A stretch of DNA of 59,652 nucleotides, filler included. It is 4 parts of 4 records of this genome, joined end to end, with 100 filler letters (N's around TTAATTAATTAA, not from the genome) between each part and the next. Parts side by side here need not be neighbours in the genome. Positions count along the whole stretch, not along the records: positions 38,618 to 59,652 come from SRR31147125_5304; 3 more parts are not named here. One strand, 5' to 3'. A model generated the notes under the pieces. The model made no database searches, was not told where the DNA came from, and saw only the letters and a list, made by a program, of their open reading frames with translations. Within the stretch, counting starts at the first letter, position 1. Each line of letters begins with the position of its first letter. Below, one piece after another: positions 42,044-52,738 of this stretch. Made by a program: the position numbers and the translations under genes.

Positions 42044-43519
42044 CTATCTGGCAAAAATTTTATTTATTAGTATTCCAGCTTCTCTTCTCACTTTGCTTTC
42101 AAAAAATAATATTCCACTGCCATAAGTTAAGAAACCCACAATTATCCTAACGACCGTTTGTGTAGAGCCAAGGTTTTTGATAACAAGCATTACGCATACC
42201 ATGACAGCAGAAAGTGATACATATCGTAATATAATATAAATGGGCATCCTGATACTTAATTCTCGGAATGAAATGCTTATGAGTAATAATACTTCAAATA
42301 AATAGGCTGTAAGAGTTGTTATGGCAGCACCAATCAGGCCCCAAATAGGTATTAAAAATATGTTTAAACCAATATTAATGACTGCTGAGCTAAAAATGAT
42401 AATTGAAAGTATTCCTGTTTTTTTCTTTAAATAAAGTCCTGCACCATACAAAAAATTTGCTTTATGAATTACATAACCAGTAACAATAAATGGTAATATT
42501 ATATATCCTTCTTCAAATTTTTTTGATGCAAATAAAATAAGAAGGTCGTGACCAAAAAAAGAAACCACAAAAATGATTGGTATACCTATCATAAAATAGA
42601 TCTTTGATACAGATGATAAGAAAATCTGCGTCTCTTCCTTTCCCTTTTTCTCCCAGATTGACATGAAAATTGGCATAACTGCCAGGCGACATGCCTCAGC
42701 AAAAAAATCAACAAGGTATTTGGTTAAGTTACTCGCGGCAGAATATATACCCACGGCTTCGGAGCCCAAAAAGTATTGTAATAAGAATCGATCTCCTGTA
42801 GTTAACAAAAGGGCGGAAAGTTCAAAACCTATTAGTGGTAGCCCATATGAAATCGATTCTTTAAGAAGTGAAACCGAAAAACTTCCAGATCTAATCTTTC
42901 CCTGTTGTGAGAATTTAATCAACAAGATAAACGCAAACAGACCATCAGCCAGAGCACATCCAACAAAAAAACCGAGCAGTCCTTGTTTAAACACAAGGAC
43001 AAATAATAGAGTGATTAGCATTTTTGAATATCTGCGAGTAATTCTGATCATGCTATGGAGTTTCACATTTTGCTCGGCTCTTAAAAACAAGAGGAAAATA
43101 CTGATGAGAGAATCAAAGATAATCAATAAGGGCAGGATGCGAAAAATATTTATGTATTGTGTGTCGAATTGTATGCCAGGATAAAATTCGGTAATCAGTA
43201 GAAACACAAGCGCAGTAATGAAGCTGAAAAACAAGATACTTAAAAATGCGGTCGTATAATAGAATGTAATGTCCAGATCTCTTTTCTTTTCTTTAAACTC
43301 GGAATAAAACCGAAGAGCAGCACGCTGGATTCCAAATTTTGAAAAAACAACTAAAAATCCCAAAATGACAATTGCCAAACTCATCTTTCCGTACTCTGCT
43401 TCAGTAAAAACTCTCGTCCAAATCGGAAATGTTATAAAGCCAGCCAAAGTGACAATAACACTACCGGAAAAATATATTGAAGTTTGTTTTAGTAATTTTT
43501 TTATGTAATTTTCAGGCAC
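42044..43519 (-). CDS. wzx: Wzx-type oligosaccharide flippase
   Basis: PIWTRVF...YG, YGLPL, DRFLL.YFLG..AVGIYS, NI.LN.FLIP.WG.IGAA; many TM segments. Confidence 0.9.
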   Translation of the reverse strand: MPENYIKKLLKQTSIYFSGSVIVTLAGFITFPIWTRVFTEAEYGKMSLAIVILGFLVVFSKFGIQRAALRFYSEFKEKKRDLDITFYYTTAFLSILFFSFITALVFLLITEFYPGIQFDTQYINIFRILPLLIIFDSLISIFLLFLRAEQNVKLHSMIRITRRYSKMLITLLFVLVFKQGLLGFFVGCALADGLFAFILLIKFSQQGKIRSGSFSVSLLKESISYGLPLIGFELSALLLTTGDRFLLQYFLGSEAVGIYSAASNLTKYLVDFFAEACRLAVMPIFMSIWEKKGKEETQIFLSSVSKIYFMIGIPIIFVVSFFGHDLLILFASKKFEEGYIILPFIVTGYVIHKANFLYGAGLYLKKKTGILSIIIFSSAVINIGLNIFLIPIWGLIGAAITTLTAYLFEVLLLISISFRELSIRMPIYIILRYVSLSAVMVCVMLVIKNLGSTQTVVRIIVGFLTYGSGILFFESKVRREAGILINKIFAR

Positions 43520-43759
43520 GAGATTTTTTTTTAAAGTGAATAATTTATAAAGTTAATTTCAATAGTTAAAAATGATCAGTTCTCAAGTCAGTCTTGTTGC
43601 TTTGGTTACTAATACATGAATAAATCTTTGAATCGAACAGAGATTAAATGAATTGGGTCTTCAGAAATGACTCTTTTTGAAATGATTAACATTTTAAATA
43701 GAATTTATAAATTCCAATTAATACAATAGAAATCATTAAATGCTTGACATCTAAATCTT

Positions 43760-44845
43760 TCAAAGAAAATTGAAACTATTTTTGATTAATTGAATAGCAA
43801 ATAGAGATTTTGAAAATCTCCTGCCAAATCCCTCAACGGTCCCATCCCAAATATTTATTCGTTTTAAGGCAAAGATATCCTCTTTATCAGAATTAATGCC
43901 TGGTTTTTGAGTACAGGCGATTTTATATCCACTTTCTCGAACAATTTTCTTAATTTCAGAAGAAATTTTTCCTCCGGGATAGGCAAAAGCTAATACCCTG
44001 TTTTCTAATTTATCTTCAATTTCAAGTTTTGAATTGCGTACTTGATGAATAATCTTATCTTTAGCAAGATCAGGATGAAGAAATTCATGAGATATTGTGT
44101 GTGAACCAAATGTAATCCCATTGTTTTTTAATTCCAGAATATTATCCCATGAGAGCATCTTATTTTTATTTTCCAGAATCATTAGATCACTATCCAATCT
44201 CTGAGTAAGATCTTCTATCAAAAGTTGTAACTTTATATAGTTGTAATTTTGTAATTCCGTGATCATCTTGATAATTAGTTGATCCCGTTTTTTTCTATCA
44301 ACTGCCAAAATAGCTTGCAGTCTATATTGAATATCTTTTGTATAATACTCGTCAGGAAAATGATTTAGAGAAGAACAAGTCATAGAATTTTTACATATAG
44401 CATAAACCCGATCCCACCAAAATATTTCCTTACTGCTAATGAAAGAACTTGTTAGAAATATTGTTGCGGGGACCTTGTATTTCTTTAATATTGGAAAAGC
44501 ATTTTCATAAATGTCCTTATACCCATCATCAAAAGTAATAATTATTGAGTTTGTGGGAATCTCTTTCTTATTGTTATATTTTTCCACATAATCTGAGAGT
44601 AAGATAACCGTGTAGTGTTTGGCTACAAACCTGATGGTTTTTTCAAAATTCCTTTTTGAAATAAATATAGTGGGTAAACTATGAGTAATTTCCCGTTTTT
44701 TGTCTTCTCCGACCCTATGGAATGTCAATATTGTTAAACGTTTCCCTTTATTATTTGATATAAATCTAATTAGAAAGAAAATCCCACAATAAAAACTAAT
44801 ACTATACAATACACATCTGATATATTTTCTTAGTTTCTGTTTCAA
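43760..44845 (-). CDS. CE4 polysaccharide deacetylase
   Basis: ILTFHRV, ITFDDGY, GSHTISH, FAYPGG. Confidence 0.9.
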   Translation of the reverse strand: MKQKLRKYIRCVLYSISFYCGIFFLIRFISNNKGKRLTILTFHRVGEDKKREITHSLPTIFISKRNFEKTIRFVAKHYTVILLSDYVEKYNNKKEIPTNSIIITFDDGYKDIYENAFPILKKYKVPATIFLTSSFISSKEIFWWDRVYAICKNSMTCSSLNHFPDEYYTKDIQYRLQAILAVDRKKRDQLIIKMITELQNYNYIKLQLLIEDLTQRLDSDLMILENKNKMLSWDNILELKNNGITFGSHTISHEFLHPDLAKDKIIHQVRNSKLEIEDKLENRVLAFAYPGGKISSEIKKIVRESGYKIACTQKPGINSDKEDIFALKRINIWDGTVEGFGRRFSKSLFAIQLIKNSFNFL

Positions 44846-44910
44846 TATTCAATTCACTTTAAAATTGAATTCTACTGTAAAAGAAATGCTCAGCTAGATT
44901 ATATTCTAAA

Positions 44911-46023
44911 TTATGAATTTTTGTTAATTAGCGAATCATAAAGGCATTCCATTTCTGCTATCATCTTATCCATGGTAAAGAATTTCTCTACACGCTTTCT
45001 GGCACTAATTCCCAGTCTTTGCGCAAGTCCTCTATCTTTCAAAATCCGAATAACAGCATTTGCAATAGCTGAGGAATTTCCAGGCGGTACTAAATAGCCG
45101 TTAAATCCATTCACTACCGCCTCAGGATTCCCTCCAACATTTGTCACAACGACTGGTTTACACATAGCCATTGCTTCAAGAATTGTATTCGAAAATCCTT
45201 CAGATAATGAAGAGTGTACTAAAACATCCATAATAGAAAGTATTTCTTTTATCTCAGTTATACATCCTGTAAAGATAACTTTATGAGTTAATCCCAATCT
45301 AAATACAATTCTTTTAGCTTCCTTTAATTCAGGCCCATCTCCTACGAGAATAAATTTTGTATCCCCGACTTTTCGCAAAATCATAGGAAAAGCCTGTATG
45401 AAAAATTTATTGCCTTTTACCTCACGGAAATTGGACACTGAACCTACGATAAAAGTTGAATCAGAAATACCAAATTTATTTTTTAATATTTTCTTTTCCG
45501 GCTTTTCAATGTCCGAGAAATGATCTAAATCCACACCGTTATATATCACATTGATTTTATTATTACTTAGATGCTCATTTTTAATACAATATTTTTTAAC
45601 CCCATTGGAATTTGCGAGAATTGTGGCTGTGAACAGATTTGATATCCTTTGAAGAAAAAAATGTCTTTTAGTCATAGCCAAACCCATATCCCGTCGACTG
45701 GAGATAACCTGTTTAATGCCGCCAATATTTACAATAATGGGAATTAATATATTTGCTTTTGCATTAAACGTTTGAATAATTTTTATTTTTTCTTTCTTTA
45801 TATATCGGTTTGTTTTTATTGCATTAACCATGGTGTTAAAGCTAAATAAGTTTCCGAATGGAATTTGAATAATTCGAGGTAAGACCTCCTTTATTTCGCC
45901 ACCAATGTTAAGTTCGTTACCTTCCATATATATAATATGGAGTTTAAATTTTTTTCTATCTAATCTTTTTACCAACTCATGAATGTATTTTTCAGTTCCT
46001 CCGTAGTTACGCAGGACATGCAT
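44911..46023 (-). CDS. GT4 glycosyltransferase (true start probably a few codons upstream)
   Basis: GGTEK, VIYNGVD, KG, VGDGP, SLSEGFSNTILEAMA, VGGNPE. Confidence 0.93.
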   Translation of the reverse strand: MHVLRNYGGTEKYIHELVKRLDRKKFKLHIIYMEGNELNIGGEIKEVLPRIIQIPFGNLFSFNTMVNAIKTNRYIKKEKIKIIQTFNAKANILIPIIVNIGGIKQVISSRRDMGLAMTKRHFFLQRISNLFTATILANSNGVKKYCIKNEHLSNNKINVIYNGVDLDHFSDIEKPEKKILKNKFGISDSTFIVGSVSNFREVKGNKFFIQAFPMILRKVGDTKFILVGDGPELKEAKRIVFRLGLTHKVIFTGCITEIKEILSIMDVLVHSSLSEGFSNTILEAMAMCKPVVVTNVGGNPEAVVNGFNGYLVPPGNSSAIANAVIRILKDRGLAQRLGISARKRVEKFFTMDKMIAEMECLYDSLINKNS

Positions 46024-46293
46024 GACAAAGAGTATTGGAATTTTTTTCCCAAATCATTTTTCCAATCTATGTGTTCTAAATAAGATTTTTAAGGGTTACT
46101 AAAAATGTTCCAATCCTGTGGCCTTTAACACTGTTTTCCTAAAGGATGATAGCTATTTTTGATATAAGACACATTAAAATCAAAGTGTATCTAAGAATAT
46201 TTTGAAGAAATATTTGCTAAAGCTTAATAGTGATATAAAAATTAAATATTTCTCTAAAAACTTGGCTTCTAAATTATCAATAATCTTTCAAAA

Positions 46294-47385
46294 TTATTTA
46301 ATGAGGTTTTTTATTTTAGATTTAACAATTGCTTTATTTTTTTCAATTAAGTAAAAGGCTGTATTTCTGGGAAATTTTCTGTAAAATTTTAAATTTAGAT
46401 TTATTCTTAACCTATTTGTCCACCTGTATTTATATGCTTCTTCACCCTGTAAAAAATCAAATTCATTTATACTTTCTGATATAGCATTTTCAATACAGTA
46501 GCTAAACAACAAAAAACCTGGGCTCAATTTTTCCCACTGGGGATCAAATCCCGATTGATAATAATAATATTTACCGCCATAATTAAATATGTAAAATGAT
46601 GCTATTAAAACACCCTTTATTTCCAGAAAGCAAAGCCTTAACCAGTCATTAGCCCAAAAATATGATATTATTTTTTTATGAAATGAATAGAAAGATTTGT
46701 TATTAAATGGACTATTTATATTTTTTATTTTCATTCTATTCAAATTCAAACGAACCAGCTCCTCAAGTGATTTATTAATTTCATTTTTTTCCCTTACAAC
46801 AAAAAATTGGCCATTAAATTTTTGCTCAAACTTACGTCTCTTCCTTTTAATATTATATCTCATATTTGAGCTTAGAGATTTTAAATAAATTTCATAACTT
46901 TGTGGTAAAGGAAGGTATGGGCAAGTGGCACATTTATTGATTAATATATAATAGTTTTTTTCACAATACTTTTTCATTAAAGCAATGCTTGTCGATTTGC
47001 ATGGTATATCAGTCAAATCCATAATCTGCCCATTATCTTTATATATATTCAAATAGTTAAATATTTCATATATAATTTCATTCTCGCTGCCTTTTTTCAA
47101 AATAATGTCTAAATAATCACTTCCGACATCGGTTGAACCTAAGAATCGTAGTTGATGTATATTGCTTTTATATCTGAATAAAGGTGCAATTCCTATTAAT
47201 TCATCCTCCCTTCTTACTAGTAAAATTTTTAATTCTTTGTCTTTATTGAAACTTGTCCACCAATTGAACAACCATTCCCATGTTAAAAAAATATTATTTG
47301 AGTCTGACTTTAATATCAATTCATTCCATTCCTTCCTTAAATTATAAAAATCTCTATTACTTTTTATTTCTATTACATTTAGCAT
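46294..47385 (-). CDS. GNAT acyltransferase, CelD/BcsL (Acetyltransf_6 / FemAB-like fold)
   Basis: IFLTWEW...WW, LIGIAPL, SDYLD, YYQSGFD, SPG.LL, FDFLQGEEAYKYRW. Confidence 0.88.
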   Translation of the reverse strand: MLNVIEIKSNRDFYNLRKEWNELILKSDSNNIFLTWEWLFNWWTSFNKDKELKILLVRREDELIGIAPLFRYKSNIHQLRFLGSTDVGSDYLDIILKKGSENEIIYEIFNYLNIYKDNGQIMDLTDIPCKSTSIALMKKYCEKNYYILINKCATCPYLPLPQSYEIYLKSLSSNMRYNIKRKRRKFEQKFNGQFFVVREKNEINKSLEELVRLNLNRMKIKNINSPFNNKSFYSFHKKIISYFWANDWLRLCFLEIKGVLIASFYIFNYGGKYYYYQSGFDPQWEKLSPGFLLFSYCIENAISESINEFDFLQGEEAYKYRWTNRLRINLNLKFYRKFPRNTAFYLIEKNKAIVKSKIKNLIK

Positions 47386-47562
47386 GACATAAACAAGCTC
47401 ATAGATAGTTACAGGCTCTAAATACTTTGACTCGTCATTCAAACTTGCAAAAATTTTTTGATCTGGTTGCTTTGAAAAAAGGATTTTATTAAAATTAACT
47501 ATTACCTGAGTTTTTTATATTTATCAAAAAACCTTACATAATAAAAACAGAATCATATTCAA

Positions 47563-48825
47563 TCAATTATTAAGAATAACACTAAATTCAATTTTCTTTT
47601 GTTTAATAAAACGGTTTAATTTGCCAAATAAATATCTTTTTATTGAACTTACGAATGGTTTTACATCATCCCAAGCAAAGACAGCCCATAATTTTTCTCC
47701 CCATAATGATTTAAACCACTTTACAATTGTAATCGAACCTTCTTTTCTATAATCCAATAATGCCTTTGTATCCAAATACATTGACACCCATTTTATTCCT
47801 GTTTTGAATTCATACTTTATCATCTTTTTTCCACCTATAGTATCACAATAAGCAATATAAGCGATGTTAATTCCACATTTTGAAGCCAAGACATCCCATA
47901 GTCCGAAACGTGCATTAATCTCAATAAGCTTATATTTACCATCTCTCGCATCGCGCTTAAACTCAATTCCACTCAAGCCTGTATATTTAAGCCTTTTTAA
48001 AAAATGAAGACTATATTTCTCTAGTTCCTCATCATAAATGGATTCGACAAAGCTAGCACTGCCAAAGTGAATAGGATATATACGCCTCTTTCTTCCAGAA
48101 AACTTTGCCAGGACATCATAGTTTTGAGATATGTATGATGCAAAATAAAATAAATCAGAATCATCACCCGGGATTACTTCCGAAATAATGACATTCGGAT
48201 CAATTTTTGCAATTTTTGTATAATTATCTAATAATTCATCCGGTTTTTTTGCAGTAAGGACTTTTTGTTGATCTCCCGGTAAAATATTTTTAATTGCTTC
48301 ATGATGCCATGAATCTGATCTAATCGGCTTGATTAATGCAGGATATGTTATCTTTGCCGCAATTTCCTGAACCTCTTTTAAGGAATATGGAATGTACGTC
48401 TCGGGGACAGGTATATTAAACTCAACTGCTGATTTAAAAAGTGCGTCTTTTGTAGCAACTTTTGCAATTATACTACTAACTGGACCAGTAAATAAGAAAT
48501 ATTTTTTTAATTTGCTTTCATTTTTGGCATAACATAAAACTGTATTGTCTCCTGTTGGAAAAAGCACCGGTTTTTGACCTAAAGATTGACCCAAATTTAT
48601 TAAAAAATCTATATGTTCTTGTTCGCTTTCTTCAATAGATGGACACACTACACCTTTACAATAACGCGAATCTACACCTAATTGATGCGAATCAGGATCC
48701 AACGCATATACTGGCACTCCTTGTCTTCCTAAAGATCTAACGATTCCTAAACCTGAATAAGACATATAACTTACAAAGGCGGGGGGATAGTTATAATTGA
48801 TATGATTCATATTCAATTCTCTCAA
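47563..48825 (-). CDS. ATP-grasp carboxylate-amine ligase (D-aspartate-ligase-like)
   Basis: GLGIVRSLGRQGV, VLFPTGD, YPALIKP, EVIPG, EFKRDARDG.YKLIEINAR. Confidence 0.85.
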   Translation of the reverse strand: MRELNMNHINYNYPPAFVSYMSYSGLGIVRSLGRQGVPVYALDPDSHQLGVDSRYCKGVVCPSIEESEQEHIDFLINLGQSLGQKPVLFPTGDNTVLCYAKNESKLKKYFLFTGPVSSIIAKVATKDALFKSAVEFNIPVPETYIPYSLKEVQEIAAKITYPALIKPIRSDSWHHEAIKNILPGDQQKVLTAKKPDELLDNYTKIAKIDPNVIISEVIPGDDSDLFYFASYISQNYDVLAKFSGRKRRIYPIHFGSASFVESIYDEELEKYSLHFLKRLKYTGLSGIEFKRDARDGKYKLIEINARFGLWDVLASKCGINIAYIAYCDTIGGKKMIKYEFKTGIKWVSMYLDTKALLDYRKEGSITIVKWFKSLWGEKLWAVFAWDDVKPFVSSIKRYLFGKLNRFIKQKKIEFSVILNN

Positions 48826-48851
48826 AAGTTAAAAATAGTTAGATTCCAGAT

Positions 48852-49846
48852 TCATTTTTGCACATACCCCATTAAAAGTTTTCCATCAAGCAGCCCGATT
48901 TTTACCCAAAAGTAATCAAACCATGATAAAAATAATATTGAAGGTATCCGTAACAATCGAGGAAAATTTAAAGATCTACAAGCTTCTTCAGAAAAAGCAC
49001 CAAAGTTATCCAGTTTTTCAATTTTAAACAGTTCTTTTATCACGTAAAGCATCTCTTTTCCGGTGCTATCCTCAAATGGTGTAGTAAATTCATGAGATTT
49101 TAAATTATCATTTATTTTAAATTCTCGACTAAGCAGATATCTATTATATATAACTCTAATGGTATCTTTTAATACTTGATACCTTTTTGAATATGGAATT
49201 GTTAATGGAAGAGTCAGATTTAACATCATTTCAAGCATCCGACTAATTTTCATTTTCACAGTCACTTCATTTCCTCCCCAGATACGTTCACAAAATAAAA
49301 ACTTTCCTCCGGGTTTCAATGAACTATATATCTGTTTGCAAATCCCTTCAATATTGGGAATATGATGAAGTCCATCCCAAGCAGTAACGAGATCATATTC
49401 ATTAGGTTTAAATTTATAACTATTTAAATCTGCCACTATCCAATTTATTTTACCTCTAGGTTTTATCTTTAATTGATTTTGGTATCTTTTAGCGACAATA
49501 ATCTCTCTTTTGCTAATATCTACAGCATCTACCAATTTTCCGGCACGAGCAAGTTCCAGACTTAACCATCCTGCGCCGCAGCAAAGATCAAGAGTTCTTT
49601 CACCTTCGCATTTTGTAGCATAATCAATAAACCTTTTCGTGCTAATCCAAATGGAGTTAAGGCTTCCAAACCAGGATCCTGAATATAATCTCCCCACCCA
49701 AGAGCTGCTCTTCTTACTCTGTATCTAGTGCACAGCTGATAATCCATAGTAAGTGGAATTCCCCCTTTCCACCTTTCTTCAGCCATTTTTCCCCAAAATT
49801 CCGCCTCTTTTTTAAGATTTAGGACATATTGTTCATCGTTTTGCAT
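48852..49846 (-). CDS. Class I SAM-dependent methyltransferase, split by a probable 1-bp error at 49634-49637
   Basis: LDLCCGAG, VDIS, ADL, LHH, LKPGG. ORFs 49562-49897 and 48852-49697 join by adding one A (GLARKRFIDYAT). Confidence 0.85.
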
Positions 49847-50209
49847 TTTCAATTCCTTCTTAATAAAATTACATTTCGACTGTAACAGCATTAACATTTA
49901 AAATTATGAGGCTAACAGCATTTTTAAGATACTTACTATAACGATTTTCAATAGGGGGACCTATTTTGCAATAAAAAAAATCGAAAGAATTATACATATG
50001 ACACCTTATTTGCTGGTATTTATTATAACACCTTTATTAGGTGTGATTTCTATAAGTGCCATAGTTTTCTAAAATCAACAAATAATTTACTATTCAAAAC
50101 GTTTAAGCGATTAAATTATTTATCCTACTGGATGTATACCATCCTATTATATTTAAAGATTTAAAATTTTCTAATTCTAACGCTCCAATTAATGGTTGAG
50201 ATGCCATTA

Positions 50210-52738
50210 TCAGGCCATTTCGAGCCTAGGTGAAAGATTTTCTACTTGTTTTCCCTCAACTTCCTTGTCCCGTTGACTCTTTTTAGCAACAGATTCTTCA
50301 CTCAAGTTCGGTTTATACTCTGGCAAAACTGATTTTAATGAATCAATTATAACCATGTTATCATTTGAATGACAAACATCTAAAAGCATGTGGATTTTTT
50401 TATTCAGATTCTGAAAATTATTAACAGATTTTTGTGTGATTTTCCGAATCATATCATGATCTGTTGGCAATACTATCTCATTCTGACCTGTCAGTTCTTC
50501 ATAAAGTTTTTCACCCGGACGCAGACCTGTATAGTTAATTTTAATATCTATTCCTGGTTTTAGTCCCACTTGTTTAATCATTTCTATTGCCATGGTTTCT
50601 ATTTTAATGGATTTTCCCATATCCAATATATAAATATCGCCACTATTCCCTGTCACAACGGCCTGCAAGATGAGATTAACTGCCTCGGGAATACTCATAA
50701 AAAATCGGGTAATATTTGAATCCGTAATTGTTATGGGGCCACCATTTTGAATTTGTTTCATAAATAGAGGAATAACACTGCCATGGCTATTAATTACATT
50801 GCCAAAACGAACTGTGATAAAGTTTGTCGCGCTTTTTTCAGAGAAAGATCTTGTCCACAATTCGGCAATCCTTTTTGTCGCCCCCATAACACTTGTTGGA
50901 TTCACCGCTTTATCTGTTGAGATGAGGGTAAAATACTCAGCCTGATATTTATGACTCATCATAGCGACAACCATAGTCCCAAAAATATTATTTCTGATCG
51001 CTTCATCGGGATTCAATTCACTTAGTGGAACATGCTTTTGGGCAGCTGTATGAAATATAATTTGAGGTTCATATCTTTTAAATATAGTTTCAATTTTTTC
51101 TGTATTTTTAATATCTGCTATTTTGAAAATCATATCAGTTTTGAATTGTTTGCATGCTCCGTTCAATTCACTTTCCAATTCAAACAGGTAATTCTCATTT
51201 CTGTCGATCAATAATAGTTGAGCCGGATTATGCTGAATAATTTGTCTGGTGAGTTCTGAACCAATAGAACCACCAGCGCCTGTTAGAAGGATCTTTTTAC
51301 CAGTAATAAAACTTTTAATGGAACCTAAAGATAATTTGAGCGGTTCGCGTCCAAGTATATCTGAAATATCCACTTCTCTGATCTTGGACAAGTGGATGGC
51401 ACCACTGATTAGATCTTCAACGGCAGGTACTATACGATGTTTTACCTTGGATTTTTCGCAGCAACCTAAAATCGAACGCATTTCCTCTGCAGAGAGTCTT
51501 CCAATGGCGATTAAAATTTCATCCACATGCAGCATTTTGGCGATATCCGGGATATCCTTACGATCTCCATAAACATTAATGCCATGCAGTGTCGATCCAA
51601 TCTTTAATGGATCATCATCTACAAAGCCAACAACCCGATAATTACCTCCATTTTTTGAAATATCTCGCACAAGCATTTCCCCAATATCTCCAGCACCGAT
51701 AATCAACACATTGGTATATGGAGTATAGTTTTGTGCCACTCTTCTTTCGCCTAAAAGGCGAAGACTTACCCGAACTCCGCTCATCATCAAAATTAATAAA
51801 CTTAAATCAATAAGAAAGATGGTGCGAGAGTGAAATTGGAGGCCAGAAAAGAAAATAAGAATTACTATTAATGCCGTACTTGCCAGACACGCTCTAATAA
51901 GCTGGAGTAAATCTTGAATGCTTATATATTTATAAAATGTGTTATAAAGTTTGAATGTGTGAAAAATGAAAATTCGAACCGAGAGTACAATTGGCAAACT
52001 ATGAACCAGAGTCCATAATTCGATGTCTGGTATTTGCCATTCAAACCGAAAACAATAAGCCAAACAGTAGGAGAGGAGGATACTAAAACCATCTATCCAC
52101 ATCAATTCCAGTTTTCCTGATTTTTGCAGATATGATGGCTTGAATAATCCTAAAAGAGTTTCTTTGACTCCAATAAAAAGTAATTTTATATCCGTGCGCA
52201 AAGTTGGATTTTTTACATAATCCAAATCAACTTTCAATTTATCTGGTAATATAAATTTGATATAATAATCCTGCGCGTTTTCTATATTTGACGGCATCAT
52301 ATCTTCTTCATTCCGACCAATAATTTGTGCCGGACCTACTATTCCGGGTCGCACCGTCGTTATTTGTTCAAATTTATCCTGATAATAATTCTCACTGATT
52401 TCGGGCAATTCAGGACGAGGACCAATAATACTCATATTACCTTTTAGAACATTGTATAATTGTGGCAGCTCATCCAATTTGGTCGCTCTTAATATTCGGC
52501 CAAAGCGTGTCACCCTCGGATCGTAATTAATACTTATCCCGCTTTGTGAATCCGCATTTTCAACCATCGTTCTGAATTTATAAATTCGAAAATATTTACC
52601 ATGGAAACCCACTCTTATTTGTTTAAACAAGATCGGGCCCTTTGAAGTTAAAAGGGAAATTACAGTAATAATAGAGAAAACTGGCATAAATAAGACTATA
52701 CCCATCAAGGCAATGAGAATGTCAAATGCTCGTTTCAT
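50210..52738 (-). CDS. Fused monotopic phosphoglycosyltransferase (PglC-like) + UDP-GlcNAc 4,6-dehydratase (PglF/CapD-like)
   Basis: N-terminal KRAFDI...KFRTM...DPRVT..G..LR.TKLDELPQ...GPRPE; 4 TM segments; IIGAG; C-terminal TGAGGSIGSEL, HTAAQKHVP, STDKAVNP, RFGNV, GLRPGEKLYEEL. Confidence 0.92.
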   Translation of the reverse strand: MKRAFDILIALMGIVLFMPVFSIITVISLLTSKGPILFKQIRVGFHGKYFRIYKFRTMVENADSQSGISINYDPRVTRFGRILRATKLDELPQLYNVLKGNMSIIGPRPELPEISENYYQDKFEQITTVRPGIVGPAQIIGRNEEDMMPSNIENAQDYYIKFILPDKLKVDLDYVKNPTLRTDIKLLFIGVKETLLGLFKPSYLQKSGKLELMWIDGFSILLSYCLAYCFRFEWQIPDIELWTLVHSLPIVLSVRIFIFHTFKLYNTFYKYISIQDLLQLIRACLASTALIVILIFFSGLQFHSRTIFLIDLSLLILMMSGVRVSLRLLGERRVAQNYTPYTNVLIIGAGDIGEMLVRDISKNGGNYRVVGFVDDDPLKIGSTLHGINVYGDRKDIPDIAKMLHVDEILIAIGRLSAEEMRSILGCCEKSKVKHRIVPAVEDLISGAIHLSKIREVDISDILGREPLKLSLGSIKSFITGKKILLTGAGGSIGSELTRQIIQHNPAQLLLIDRNENYLFELESELNGACKQFKTDMIFKIADIKNTEKIETIFKRYEPQIIFHTAAQKHVPLSELNPDEAIRNNIFGTMVVAMMSHKYQAEYFTLISTDKAVNPTSVMGATKRIAELWTRSFSEKSATNFITVRFGNVINSHGSVIPLFMKQIQNGGPITITDSNITRFFMSIPEAVNLILQAVVTGNSGDIYILDMGKSIKIETMAIEMIKQVGLKPGIDIKINYTGLRPGEKLYEELTGQNEIVLPTDHDMIRKITQKSVNNFQNLNKKIHMLLDVCHSNDNMVIIDSLKSVLPEYKPNLSEESVAKKSQRDKEVEGKQVENLSPRLEMA

